Of a stretch of 64,000 nucleotides of DNA, positions 26,113-36,500 are shown piece by piece (the stretch's first letter is position 1; every line of letters begins with the position of its first letter). This DNA comes from Spirochaetota bacterium (GTDB lineage: Bacteria > Spirochaetota > UBA4802 > UBA5550), in assembly GCA_036848375.1 (NCBI GenBank), contig DAIUKG010000024.1, positions 126 through 64,125 of the forward strand. Direction: 5' to 3'. Position numbers and translations under genes: made by a program. Below the pieces are notes generated by a model that was not told where the DNA came from, did no database searches, and saw nothing but the letters and a program-made list of their open reading frames with translations.

Positions 26113-28893
26113 CTATTCCTCCCTGGCAATTTTTTTCAGGTATTCCTGCAGGGGCAGGCGGTCAAAAGAGACCACGTTGTTTTCGACTCCGGCGATGAAG
26201 CCGAATATCCCGGGCTTCAGGGGCACGGTCGTGTACACCAGGCCCCTGTCCAGGGTAAAATTGAACCCCCTGACGCGCATGAAATTGTCCATAACGAACT
26301 GGCCCAGGCTCCCCAGCTTTGACTTGCCCTTCTCGGTGCTCAGGCCCCGCATGAGCCTGCTGGCGAATTTCTTTCCGATCTTGTGGATGTTGACATAGCC
26401 CGTAGCGGTCAGCTCCCGGTTCACATTCACGCCCCTGCCGCTGAAACTCGCGTTCAGGGAAAGGCTCGCGTCCCGGTCACGCTCTTTCCGGTCGGGGTCG
26501 TCAAGCAGCGCGATGTTCATATTGGTCACGTCCGCGGCCATGCGGTACTCGATCCTCCCGGTGAGGTTTTTCATCCCCGAGCCGGCCGGGTCAAGGCTCC
26601 CCAGGTTTACGGCGATCTGCCGTCCGTAAAGCGCGCCTTCCATGACATGGGCCCTGAGGTCGGTTATGGTGAATACATTGTTTTCAAACGTCATGACCGC
26701 TGAAAGGTCGCGCAGGTATTGAAACGTAAAATCGCGGGACGGATGTTTTGCTTTCACCGACCCCACGAAGAAATTCGGCTTCTTTTTAAAAAATTCATTG
26801 GTGATGATCTCTTCCTTTCCTGAAACAAGAAGGGATTCAGCGGCCATGTCCGGGCTGAACATGACTTCAAAGGGATAGTCGCACGCGACTTCAGCGACCT
26901 CGAGGCCGCTGTCCCGGTTTTTGATATTCATCCCCTTGATGAACAGCGTGCCCCATGAGCGTCCCCGGGAGAGGTTCCCCTTGAGCGACGCGTTCATGCT
27001 CACCAGCCCCTGATAGAGCCACGGCCCGTAAACATTCTTCTCACGCGGCGAGTTGAACTTCAGCGAAAGATTCATGTCCGCATCCGAAACGGTCTTTCCC
27101 GACAGTTCAAGCATTCCCTTGACGGCCAGGTCAAGGTCCCACGCCCGGCTTGACAGACGCGTCCTTTCCAGATTGAGCCTTTTTCTCGCGGTGTCAAAAC
27201 GCGCCGCGATCGTGAGGCTCAGGTCATTGAGCCCGTAATCGGGGACTGCCGCGGCAAGAGAACATCCGCCCGAAGCAGCGGTGCCGTCAAGGCCGAACGA
27301 TATGGTTCCGGAAATGCTGACCGGTTTTGTAACGGCAAGTTTCGCGACCTTCTCCCTGAACCGGGGGGGGAGCATGCCTTCAAGCGGGGCCTTGTTCACA
27401 ATACATTTTCTGATCGCGACGTTTCCCGCAAGCGGCTTCAGCCGCGCGCCGGCGTCAGCGCCGAGCGACAGGACCGCGGCCCCTGACCGGGGATCAAAAA
27501 AATTCAGGATGAAATCCCTGACCGTAAACGCGGCAAATCCGGGCCCGGTTGCGGCCCTGCACGAAAGGGAAAGCCCGTTGGGGCCTGACCTGCTGCCCTG
27601 CACCGTATAGGTAAAAGCCGCGGCCCTGAGCGCGGCAGCGACTTCACCCCTGCCTTCGCGCACGCCGCCTGCAACATCAATGGTTGCCAGCGGAAGGGAA
27701 AGTGAATTTTCCCTGACCTTGACAAACAGGTCGCGCGCCGTCAGCTTCCCGGTTATGGCCAGGTCTGAGGCGTCTCCCCTGATACTCCAGGGAGCGAGCG
27801 ACAGCGTGCCGGCCGCGCGCGTGCGCGACAGCGATGCCAGGGACCTGACGTAATGATCGATATCGGTCAGCGAAATATCACTTTCCGTGATGCTGATGTC
27901 GGCAAAGGGCCGGCGTGACAGCGAAGAGACCGATCCGGTGAGCCTGATCCATGTTTTATTCTTGCACCGCACCAGCACATGGCTGATATCAAGCCGGTCC
28001 TTTTTCGGATCGCACGAAACATCATAGGAGACAAGAAAATCAAACGGGGCCAGCAGGATGTTCCGGTAACGCGCGGACCCGGTGCCGCCAAACTTAAAAA
28101 AACTGGAAAAGCCCGCCTTAACGTTCCTGTCAAAAACCAGGCCCCAGGTGAGATGCAGGGGGGGATGGGCCGACAGGTCCCTGGATGAATAGCGCGCGTC
28201 GATCGTTTCCTGCGGATTTACAATAAAATTTATTTTCCGTAAAATATCAACGGCGTCAGGGGAAAAGGGGATGGTTCTGAAGCGCCCGGTTTCCGCGGCG
28301 AGACGGACCGTGACGCCCCTGAGCGAAGATGAATATTCGCTGCTGTCGGCCTGGACCTGGAGGTTTTTGACCAGAAAATTCAGCGATGCCTTTACCGGAA
28401 CCGGAAGCGACAGCAGGGTGTCGCTTTTTTCAGCGGGCTCATCCTCTTCGTCCTGTTCTTTCCTGCCGGGAAGAATGATCCTCCGGACGTTCCACACGCC
28501 CTGTTTCCGGCGCAGTATCACGACCGGTTCATCTATTGTGGCCTCAATGATATTCAGGTGCCCGGCAAGCAGCGACAGAAAATCATACCGGAACACGATC
28601 TTTTTGATCTTCAGTAATGGCAGGCGGTCAAAGTCATCCCCGCTTTTTACGACCATGTCGCGGATGATGACCGCGCTCAGCGGGCTGAAACGCTCGACCT
28701 TCAGGGAAAGGGAACCCGTGCTCAGCGTGGAAAATACTGATACCGCGAGCCTCTCGGCCCGCTGGGGAGTGAGAAAAATTCCTGCTGCGAGAACAACAAC
28801 GAAAACGAGGGTCAGACATGCAACCGGGATCCAGAGAAAAAGAACGCGGCAGGATTTTTTCACGATGACCGCTGTTTTTCCGGGTTCACCCAT
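26113..28893 (-). CDS. AsmA/YdbH-like periplasm-spanning protein
   Basis: 926 aa; single N-terminal TM then beta-rich repeats (RYDFLSLLAGHLNIIEATIDEPVVILRRKQGVWN; LRAHVMEGALYG); upstream of YdbL-like gene. Confidence 0.65.
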   Translation of the reverse strand: MGEPGKTAVIVKKSCRVLFLWIPVACLTLVFVVVLAAGIFLTPQRAERLAVSVFSTLSTGSLSLKVERFSPLSAVIIRDMVVKSGDDFDRLPLLKIKKIVFRYDFLSLLAGHLNIIEATIDEPVVILRRKQGVWNVRRIILPGRKEQDEEDEPAEKSDTLLSLPVPVKASLNFLVKNLQVQADSSEYSSSLRGVTVRLAAETGRFRTIPFSPDAVDILRKINFIVNPQETIDARYSSRDLSAHPPLHLTWGLVFDRNVKAGFSSFFKFGGTGSARYRNILLAPFDFLVSYDVSCDPKKDRLDISHVLVRCKNKTWIRLTGSVSSLSRRPFADISITESDISLTDIDHYVRSLASLSRTRAAGTLSLAPWSIRGDASDLAITGKLTARDLFVKVRENSLSLPLATIDVAGGVREGRGEVAAALRAAAFTYTVQGSRSGPNGLSLSCRAATGPGFAAFTVRDFILNFFDPRSGAAVLSLGADAGARLKPLAGNVAIRKCIVNKAPLEGMLPPRFREKVAKLAVTKPVSISGTISFGLDGTAASGGCSLAAAVPDYGLNDLSLTIAARFDTARKRLNLERTRLSSRAWDLDLAVKGMLELSGKTVSDADMNLSLKFNSPREKNVYGPWLYQGLVSMNASLKGNLSRGRSWGTLFIKGMNIKNRDSGLEVAEVACDYPFEVMFSPDMAAESLLVSGKEEIITNEFFKKKPNFFVGSVKAKHPSRDFTFQYLRDLSAVMTFENNVFTITDLRAHVMEGALYGRQIAVNLGSLDPAGSGMKNLTGRIEYRMAADVTNMNIALLDDPDRKERDRDASLSLNASFSGRGVNVNRELTATGYVNIHKIGKKFASRLMRGLSTEKGKSKLGSLGQFVMDNFMRVRGFNFTLDRGLVYTTVPLKPGIFGFIAGVENNVVSFDRLPLQEYLKKIAREE

Positions 28894-28923
28894 AATATCA
28901 CGCGCACATGAATAAAAGGTATG

Positions 28924-29988
28924 TTACCGCTTTTTTACTATGTCCACTACTTTTCTCACGTCCTGTGACGAATCCTTGTTTATGACCAGAATTTCATCCC
29001 CGGCCTGAACAACCACGATATCGGAAAGCCCCACGACCGATATCCGGAGGCCCTCTGAAAACACCGAACAGTTGCTGCTGCCCACGAAAACCCCCTTTTC
29101 CCGGTCCGGGGCCCTGTTGCCGTCAGGGTCAGGGGCAAGGATGTCGTCAATGGATTTCCAGCTTCCCAGATCGGCCCACCCGAAATCAGCGGGGATCACG
29201 ACCACATTGTCCGATTTCTCCATAATACCGTAATCAATGGACACAGAGTCGAGCGCGTTGAAGATGCCGTTCTTGATGTCCCAGACATCAGGTGAATCTG
29301 AGCATATCTCGCCGGGAGAAAATTTCGTCAGGGGCGCGAAGATCTCGATAAAATGCGGCAGGTATTTTTTAAAGGCATCAAGGATGGACGAGACCCTCCA
29401 CAAAAAGATGCCGCTGTTCCAGTAATAGCCGCCTGCCGAGACATATGATTTCGCCTTTTCCAGGTCGGGCTTTTCAACGAAACGGTCCACGGTGCGGACG
29501 TTTCCTTCATTTTCGAGGGCCTTGATATAGCCGTACCCGGTTTCCGGGTATGAAGGCAGGATGCCGATCGTGACCAGGTGCCCTTTTTCAGCCTCGGCCA
29601 CGCCGGTCCTTAAAACATCCGCGAAAGTTTCCCGCTGTTTGATGTAATGGTCCGCAGGGAGGATAATCATTACCGCGTCACCCCCGATGCTGCGCTCGCA
29701 GTACAGCGCCGCGTAAAGGACCGCGGCCGCGGTATTCCGGGGCCTGGGCTCGCACAGGACCACGCCGTTAAGGCCGCATTTTTTTATCTCGTCTTTAGAA
29801 AGCGCTTCATATTTTTTGGACGTGACAACCACGAGATTCTCCGGTTTAAGGGAAAAAAGACGCGCGATGGTCTCCTCAAGCAAAGTCCCTTTTCCCGAAA
29901 GGTTCAAAAACTGTTTGGGCTTCTCGTCCCTGCTCATGGGCCACAGCCTGGTGCCGGCTCCGCCGGCCATTATTACGGGTATAATCAT
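28924..29988 (-). CDS. manC: Mannose-1-phosphate guanylyltransferase
   Basis: IMAGGAGTRLWPMSR..PKQF, EPRPRNTA, PADH, ETGYGYI, FVEKP, WNSGIF, SIDYGIME, WADLGSW; no cupin PMI domain. Confidence 0.95.
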   Translation of the reverse strand: MIIPVIMAGGAGTRLWPMSRDEKPKQFLNLSGKGTLLEETIARLFSLKPENLVVVTSKKYEALSKDEIKKCGLNGVVLCEPRPRNTAAAVLYAALYCERSIGGDAVMIILPADHYIKQRETFADVLRTGVAEAEKGHLVTIGILPSYPETGYGYIKALENEGNVRTVDRFVEKPDLEKAKSYVSAGGYYWNSGIFLWRVSSILDAFKKYLPHFIEIFAPLTKFSPGEICSDSPDVWDIKNGIFNALDSVSIDYGIMEKSDNVVVIPADFGWADLGSWKSIDDILAPDPDGNRAPDREKGVFVGSSNCSVFSEGLRISVVGLSDIVVVQAGDEILVINKDSSQDVRKVVDIVKKR

Positions 29989-30148
29989 AATAATAACTCC
30001 AGCAAGAATGATTCCTTTATATGCAGTGCAGCGGACAGGCAGTCAACACAAATTCTCTGATAATTTCCGGGGAACCGCACTCGAGAAGATAAGTTTTTGT
30101 TGCTTTTCACCCGAGAATATTATTGAATGTGTTTAAGAAGGTGGGCCC

Positions 30149-33100
30149 GTGGTCGGAGAAAAAAGCTTTTTACAGACAATCAAAATGGAAATCAGCCGAA
30201 ACTTCAGGCTGGTCCCCTATGAACGCATCGCTTTTCATAAAATTCTCGCCATTTTAAAAACCGAAAACGGCCGCACCATCCTTTTAAAAGAACTCGAAAA
30301 AACCGACAGCATCCGCACCAGCGCCATCGAGACCCTTGTCCAGTTTGACGACCCCTCGGTCATTGATGCGTTAACCGGCCTCTTTAAAACAAACATTACC
30401 GATAAGGAAAAAATACTCATCCTCGGCTGCATCAGGAAAAGCCAGACGGGAAAAGAAATCCCCTTTTTAATGGATCTAATTGAGCAAAACAAGGAAACCC
30501 CGTTATCTCCCCCGGTGATGCAAAAAACCTTCAGGGTGCTCAAAAACGCCGGCAGAGATTCAGAGGAAGTAAGGGACTATTTGCTTTCCCTGATCAAAGA
30601 CGAAAAAGTGCATGAATCACTGGTCCCCCTGGCGGTCACCGCGCTTTCATCTTTTGCGGTCATATCACCGTATGAAGACCTGCTCAAGCGCAACGACGAA
30701 AAAATAACCTATGCCGTATACCGGGCCCTTTTCATGCTCGGCTGCGACCTTGACGAATCGTCCAGAAAGGCAAATACCGACCCGGAAGGTTTTTACACCT
30801 ACTCCCCGGAAAATGAAGACAAGTCAATCCTTGACATCAGGGTGCTGCTGGGAAAAATGGCGCCCCGGTTCGACTCCTATTCCAGGCAGGTAAAAGTCGC
30901 TTTTATAAGCGCGATGATCGCCTGCAACCACCGGGAATTTCTCGTATACATAATGAAAGCCCTCACCTCTCGGGACCAGGAGCTGGCCAAAATGGTCATG
31001 TACACGATATATTCCAATATCAGGCGCCTTAAAGACCCGGACAAGCTTCTGCGCAGCCTCATAGCGCTCTCAACCGAAACCGAGGGAGAGAACGAGCTTA
31101 TAATCGATATTTTCATCAAATACTTTTCCCAGGACATCAAGACACGGCAGTTCCATATCCTCAGGGACAAGCTCTTCAATTACATCATTGTCACGCTGGA
31201 ATCATATTTCGAGATGTTCCGCAAGGAGTTCATGATCCGCGAAGTGATCGAAAAGAGCTACCCCGAATCATTCCAGCGCATCAGGAGCTTGATCCTTGAA
31301 AAATTCACGCCGGAAATCAAAAAGAACATCATTTCATTCCTGCTCAACGAAAACGTATCGTCAATAAAGGGAGTGTTTATCGACATCGCGAAATGGGTCA
31401 CCTATATCAGCGAAACCGAAGAGGAAGACCTCGCCCTTCTTCTTCAGGTGCTCTATGACAGCGATAAAAAATCCCGCGAGAACTCGGCCACACGAATCGA
31501 CGACCTCAGGTTCGAAAAACGGTATCTCAGAAAGAGAATAATCAGGCTCTGCAGAATCATCGAGGGGCTGATGATCAATGAAGCGGCCTCGACCCTGGTG
31601 AACATCTACAATTACCTGAAGAAATACCCTGATGAGGAGCTGCTTGCCGCGTCAATACACGCGCTGTCAGTGCTCAACTATTCATACATGCTCGGTGAAG
31701 TTGAAGTCATGCTCACCACCGGTTCAGAGGACGACCAGAAGACCGCGCTTAACCTTCTCTCACTGTTTCATGAACAGCGCTCCATGAACATAATCATTGA
31801 TTACCTGAATCCCCGTGTCGCGGAATCGACACCCACGCTGAAATCCCTGCTCGCCATTCTGCTGGAGCGGGACATAGCGGGAAACGCCACCATAAACGGC
31901 ATCCTGAAAAAAATCATTGAAAGCAACACTGACCAGGAAATGCGGAACATGGCGGTCCTCGGCATAGGAAAAGGGGGTTTCGATGGCGACATCGAGTATC
32001 TCAACGACCTGTTCTCCACTTTTGAAAAAAACCAGCCTAAAGACGTGATCATCAGGGCGATGGGAAGCATCCTGTCCCTGAACGCTGACATAAACAAAAG
32101 AATCATGATACGGCACCTTCAGGAATATCTTAAAGACCCCGGAATCAAAGTGCGCATCTATGCCTGCCTTCTTCTGGTAAAACTGGGGGACCGGGACGCG
32201 GTCCGATTCGTGCGCGACATGCTCATCATTAAAAACAAGGTGATCCAGCGCGACATTCTCACGATCATGGGAGAGCTCCGTTCGGTCGAGTTCGCATTCT
32301 TTCTTATATCACTGCTCAAAGAAGAATACGGGATGTCGGGCGATATCATCCCCATTATCGAAAAACTTCCCGAGGAAGACCTCAAGGAAATCGACAATTT
32401 CGTGGTGAACATCTTCAGAAAATTCGACGCGACCGATATCGATATCTTGGTACAGCAGCGCGATAAAGACAAAGCCGAGCCGCCCATCCCGACCAGTGAA
32501 GTCACCCTCCTGACCATTGATCTGTTCAAGATCAAGGATGAGACCGAATACAACCTGACCGAGCGCATCAACCTCAACATGCGGCTGAAATCGCTGGTTT
32601 CGTCAATTGTCGAGGAAAACAAGGGAATTATTTCGCAGATCGCGAGCAGAAAAATCATGGCCTATTTCGCGGAACCCGGCCAGGCAATCAACGCCGCTGC
32701 AAAGATATCGAAAAATTTCAAGAATTACAATTATACAAGAATTTCGGAACTGCAGATCAATGTTCAGGCATATATAACAACAACAAGAGTGAAAATACTC
32801 AATGAGGAGATCATTCAGTTCCCTGATGAGATGATAATCAACGCTGACTGGCTTCCCTTCTCGTGCGACATTTTCTGCAACAGCAAAACCAATTCCCTAA
32901 TGCATGACCAGTATACCATGCTGACTATTCCGGAAGATGTTTACCAGGAAAGGGGCCTCTTCACCCGGCTCTATGATGTGATACAACCCGTCAACTTCAA
33001 CATCGTTTCCGAAAGAATATTCAACAAAATCATCAAGGATGAAGAAGAAAAGATCCGCATGCAGATGCAGGTTGAAGCTGACATGAAAAAAATGAGGCGT

Positions 33101-33301
33101 GAAAGCAGGCCCGCATCCTCAATGGCCATTGCGCGCGACCTTGAAGACATCGGAGACCACCTCAAGGCGCAGCTTGACGAGATCGAGCGCTACATTCAGA
33201 GGAGGTCAACCGACCGGGAAATGATAAAAAACGTCAGAAAAATGCTTAAAAACCTTCACAACCTTTACAAAGTCGAAATATCACGTATAATTATTGAATA
33301 A
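30149..33301 (+). CDS. HEAT/ARM-repeat protein with degenerate class III nucleotide cyclase-like domain
   Basis: 1050 aa; all-helical HEAT-like region (DPGIKVRIYACLLLVKLG); VTLLTIDL..KGIISQIASRKIMAYFAEPGQAINAA segment. Confidence 0.65.
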   Translation: MVGEKSFLQTIKMEISRNFRLVPYERIAFHKILAILKTENGRTILLKELEKTDSIRTSAIETLVQFDDPSVIDALTGLFKTNITDKEKILILGCIRKSQTGKEIPFLMDLIEQNKETPLSPPVMQKTFRVLKNAGRDSEEVRDYLLSLIKDEKVHESLVPLAVTALSSFAVISPYEDLLKRNDEKITYAVYRALFMLGCDLDESSRKANTDPEGFYTYSPENEDKSILDIRVLLGKMAPRFDSYSRQVKVAFISAMIACNHREFLVYIMKALTSRDQELAKMVMYTIYSNIRRLKDPDKLLRSLIALSTETEGENELIIDIFIKYFSQDIKTRQFHILRDKLFNYIIVTLESYFEMFRKEFMIREVIEKSYPESFQRIRSLILEKFTPEIKKNIISFLLNENVSSIKGVFIDIAKWVTYISETEEEDLALLLQVLYDSDKKSRENSATRIDDLRFEKRYLRKRIIRLCRIIEGLMINEAASTLVNIYNYLKKYPDEELLAASIHALSVLNYSYMLGEVEVMLTTGSEDDQKTALNLLSLFHEQRSMNIIIDYLNPRVAESTPTLKSLLAILLERDIAGNATINGILKKIIESNTDQEMRNMAVLGIGKGGFDGDIEYLNDLFSTFEKNQPKDVIIRAMGSILSLNADINKRIMIRHLQEYLKDPGIKVRIYACLLLVKLGDRDAVRFVRDMLIIKNKVIQRDILTIMGELRSVEFAFFLISLLKEEYGMSGDIIPIIEKLPEEDLKEIDNFVVNIFRKFDATDIDILVQQRDKDKAEPPIPTSEVTLLTIDLFKIKDETEYNLTERINLNMRLKSLVSSIVEENKGIISQIASRKIMAYFAEPGQAINAAAKISKNFKNYNYTRISELQINVQAYITTTRVKILNEEIIQFPDEMIINADWLPFSCDIFCNSKTNSLMHDQYTMLTIPEDVYQERGLFTRLYDVIQPVNFNIVSERIFNKIIKDEEEKIRMQMQVEADMKKMRRESRPASSMAIARDLEDIGDHLKAQLDEIERYIQRRSTDREMIKNVRKMLKNLHNLYKVEISRIIIE

Positions 33302-33315
33302 CCAAGGAGGCCCTA

Positions 33316-34224
33316 GTGAAGGGAGCATCAATCCTTTCGACAATTATATTTTTAACCCTGATATCCCTCTCCATTCCCCTGCTCGCACAGGAAGCCGGCC
33401 CCGAGCTTCAGCCTCCTGCCCGGGACTCAGCAGAAGAAACCGCCGCGCTCCCGAATGACAGACCGGAGCGGTCCATAGCATCAGTTCTGTTCTCACTCGA
33501 TCCCCTGAAAAAGAAGGGCCCTGACGAAAAAAAAATAACCTCGTCGATAAGCGCGGGCCTTATCAAAAATTTCGGCAACAGCGATGTCTTTTCCATCAAC
33601 GGCTCGGCTTCGGTCAGTTACAACAACGGCATCACCGCGTTGAGCCTGCATTACGAGACCTTTTACGGTGAGAGCGGTTCGGTCCTGAGCGAGCACAAAG
33701 GCCAGGGCATAATCAACCTGGACCACTATGTGCATCCGAGGATCGAGATATTCATCTTTTCAACCGGTGAATTCAACGAGATGAGCAGGCTCCTGTTCAG
33801 GAACAACACCGGCGCGGGAGCGAAGCTGGTCATATTCAGGAACCGGTACTGGGCCCCGGACTTCAGCGCCGCCCCGGTGTACCAGTACGAAAAATATTCG
33901 GCGCAGAAAGAAGAGCACGAGGCCAGAGCGTCGTTCCGGTTCAGGCTCAAGGTCACGCCGGTGGACCCGCTCCTGCTGCAGTTTGTCGCCTTTTATGTTC
34001 CCGCGTTTGACGACGGCGAAAACTACCGGTTTAATATCGACACGTTTCTGCAGGTCAAAATAACATCCTTCACCATTCCCGGAGTAAAAGACACGGAAAC
34101 CGGGTGCGGCAAAAGCGGCCTGTACCTGATCGGCGGATATAAGCGGGAATTCAACAACCGGGTTCCTGACGACACGAAAAAACTCGATCAGACCCTGTAT
34201 TTCAGGATATCATTCCTCATCTGA
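33316..34224 (+). CDS. DUF481-like outer-membrane beta-barrel protein
   Basis: GTG start with AAGGAGG RBS; signal peptide; alternating beta strands, GNSD near N-terminus, aromatic C-terminal strand LYFRISFLI. Confidence 0.65.
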   Translation: MKGASILSTIIFLTLISLSIPLLAQEAGPELQPPARDSAEETAALPNDRPERSIASVLFSLDPLKKKGPDEKKITSSISAGLIKNFGNSDVFSINGSASVSYNNGITALSLHYETFYGESGSVLSEHKGQGIINLDHYVHPRIEIFIFSTGEFNEMSRLLFRNNTGAGAKLVIFRNRYWAPDFSAAPVYQYEKYSAQKEEHEARASFRFRLKVTPVDPLLLQFVAFYVPAFDDGENYRFNIDTFLQVKITSFTIPGVKDTETGCGKSGLYLIGGYKREFNNRVPDDTKKLDQTLYFRISFLI

Positions 34225-34226
34225 AG

Positions 34227-35141
34227 CTATTCCCTGGTCGCCAGCCGCCTGCTTATCTCGAGCTTGTGTTTGATCAGGGCAGGCGAATTGGTCAGAAAAA
34301 AACGGTCGTTGCGGTTTTTCAGAAGGATGTCATAGTGTTCGGCAGCGGTCCTGTAGTCCCTGAGCTTGAAAGAGGACTCGGCAAAATAATAGTGCAGGGC
34401 TTTGTCATAAGGGCGTGATGTGTCGATTGACTTCAGCATCACGATTGCCTTGATGTACTGGCCCCTCCTGAAATAAATCTTGCCCCTGCCCAGAAGCGCA
34501 TTGGGGTACCGGTGGTCAACGCGGAGGACCGTATCAAAATATTTCTGCGCCATTTCGAGCTGGTTGCGTTTGAAATACACGTCCCCGATCATCACAAAAG
34601 TCTCAAGCTCCTTGATGTTTCTCCTCAGCGCCTCCCTGAAATATTCAATCGCCTCGCTGTCCCGGTCCCACTGCTGGTAGATCAGGCCGATCTGAAGGTA
34701 CGTTTTCGAAAATTCCGGGACCACGAGTTTTGCCTTCTGGAAATTAAGCATGGCCCTTTTAAGATCAAGCAGACGCACGTAACAGGTCCCCAGATTATAC
34801 CTGAAGGGGAAAAACAGCGCGGCCTCCGCCAGCGACGATTCAAAGATATCCGCGGCTTTCCGGTATTCACCGGATTCCATGAACGAAGCGGCGCGGTTGT
34901 TTTCACGGGCGGCCCTGCCCGTTCCGGTGCAGTAGAGAATATCATCCTTCAGGTAAATATTTTCCCGGGCCTTTTCTTCTACCGGGTTTTCCCTGGCGAT
35001 GCGGAGCAGCTCCTCAAGCCGGTCGACTTCATCATACGAAGCAAGGGGGGCAGACAGCAGGGGGATGACAAAAAGCAACGCGGCCGCGATCTGCAGTGAT
35101 TTTATTATCGCGCCGTTCTTTATGTTATTGCGCAGGGCCAT
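34227..35141 (-). CDS. TPR-repeat secreted protein
   Basis: Signal peptide; TPRs (RYNLGTCY, YLQIGLIY, LLGRGKIY). Confidence 0.8.
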   Translation of the reverse strand: MALRNNIKNGAIIKSLQIAAALLFVIPLLSAPLASYDEVDRLEELLRIARENPVEEKARENIYLKDDILYCTGTGRAARENNRAASFMESGEYRKAADIFESSLAEAALFFPFRYNLGTCYVRLLDLKRAMLNFQKAKLVVPEFSKTYLQIGLIYQQWDRDSEAIEYFREALRRNIKELETFVMIGDVYFKRNQLEMAQKYFDTVLRVDHRYPNALLGRGKIYFRRGQYIKAIVMLKSIDTSRPYDKALHYYFAESSFKLRDYRTAAEHYDILLKNRNDRFFLTNSPALIKHKLEISRRLATRE

Positions 35142-35154
35142 TCACCGGCTCCTT

Positions 35155-36102
35155 TCAGTAAAGGTGGCACCGTACGCGAGATGACCCGACTTCCTTTTCG
35201 CCGGGATATTCCTGCCTGCATATGTCCATCGCATGGGGGCAGCGGGGATGAAAATGGCATCCTGAGGGCGGATTTTCCGGAGAGGGGATTTCCCCCCTGA
35301 GAACGGCGAAACCGTGCTTCTGCGGCCTTACATCGGGTATGGACCGCATCAGGCTTTTCGTGTACGGATGAAGCGGCTCGGCTGCCAGGACCTCCTTGGG
35401 CGCGTCCTCGACAATCCTGCCCAGGTACATGACCACAATGCGGCTGCTCATATGTTCGATCACCGCGAGATCATGGGCCACGAAGAGGTATGTGAGGCCG
35501 AGCCTGTCCTGAAGCTCGTTGAGCAGGTTCAGAAGCTGGCCCTGGATCGAAACGTCGAGGGCCGACACCGGCTCGTCAAGGATGATAAACTTCGGGTTGA
35601 GCGCTATAGCACGCGCGATGCCGATACGCTGCCTCTGGCCCCCGCTGAATTCATGCGGATAGCGGTCAAGGTGTTCCCTGCCCAGGCCGACCAGGTTCAG
35701 CAGTTCCCTGGTGCGGTCCCTCAACTCGGCCTTCCCGAGCGCGGTGTGTATGCTCAGGGGCTCTGAAACAATGGCGCCCACGGTCATGCGGGGGTCAAGC
35801 GAACTGTAAGGGTCCTGAAACACCAGCTGCATGTTTCTGCGGAACACGCGCAGCTCATTGCGGTCAAGGGCGTGCACCCCGGTCCCGTCCACGAGTATGG
35901 TCCCGGCATCGGGCTCCACCAGCCGGAGCATCGCGCGCGCCGCGGTCGTCTTGCCGCTGCCGCTTTCCCCGACCATGCCCAGGGTCGTGCCGCGGGCAAT
36001 GCTGAAGGAGACATCATCAACCGCCTTTACGATGCCGGGACGGTCGAACAGGCCCTTCTTGCGCGTTTTAAAATGTTTTTGCAGCCCCCTTACTTCAACC
36101 AT
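35155..36102 (-). CDS. Oligopeptide/dipeptide ABC transporter ATP-binding protein (OppF/DppF type)
   Basis: Walker A GESGSGKT, FQDPYSSLDP, FSGGQRQR, Walker B ILDEPVSALD, oligo_HPY motif HPYT, C-terminal CHFHPRC. Confidence 0.93.
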   Translation of the reverse strand: MVEVRGLQKHFKTRKKGLFDRPGIVKAVDDVSFSIARGTTLGMVGESGSGKTTAARAMLRLVEPDAGTILVDGTGVHALDRNELRVFRRNMQLVFQDPYSSLDPRMTVGAIVSEPLSIHTALGKAELRDRTRELLNLVGLGREHLDRYPHEFSGGQRQRIGIARAIALNPKFIILDEPVSALDVSIQGQLLNLLNELQDRLGLTYLFVAHDLAVIEHMSSRIVVMYLGRIVEDAPKEVLAAEPLHPYTKSLMRSIPDVRPQKHGFAVLRGEIPSPENPPSGCHFHPRCPHAMDICRQEYPGEKEVGSSRVRCHLY

Positions 36103-36497
36103 TACTGCGCCCCGGCCTCCTTCTGTTTTAACAGTTTTATGGTGAGATAAAGCTGCGCCGCTGAGACAATAAAAATCGCGTTAATGATACCGGATGAAAA
36201 ACCGGTGACGAAATAGCCCTTTCCCAGGACCGCGTGCAGAAAGAAATGGGCCATGCCGAAGCACGCCATGACCAGCGAGATCATCAGGCCCTGCCTGCGA
36301 TGCAGATTGGCCATGCCCCAGAAAACGGCCGGCAGTATCAGAACATGGGCAAGGATGAAAACCATAAGCCCCGGGTAATCCCTGGTGATCCCGAAAAGCT
36401 CCCACTCCTTCCAGTACACCGCGTCCATTTCATGAAGTATGAAACCGGTAGTGGTCGCCATGTACGCGTAAAAAAGGATGTTTTTCGTTGTCTTCAC
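36102..36497 (-). CDS. Small 4-TM membrane protein with HEMD motif (DUF6713-like)
   Basis: 131 aa hydrophobic; ILHEMDAVYWKEWELF. Confidence 0.6.
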   Translation of the reverse strand: MKTTKNILFYAYMATTTGFILHEMDAVYWKEWELFGITRDYPGLMVFILAHVLILPAVFWGMANLHRRQGLMISLVMACFGMAHFFLHAVLGKGYFVTGFSSGIINAIFIVSAAQLYLTIKLLKQKEAGAQ

Positions 36498-36500
36498 CGC

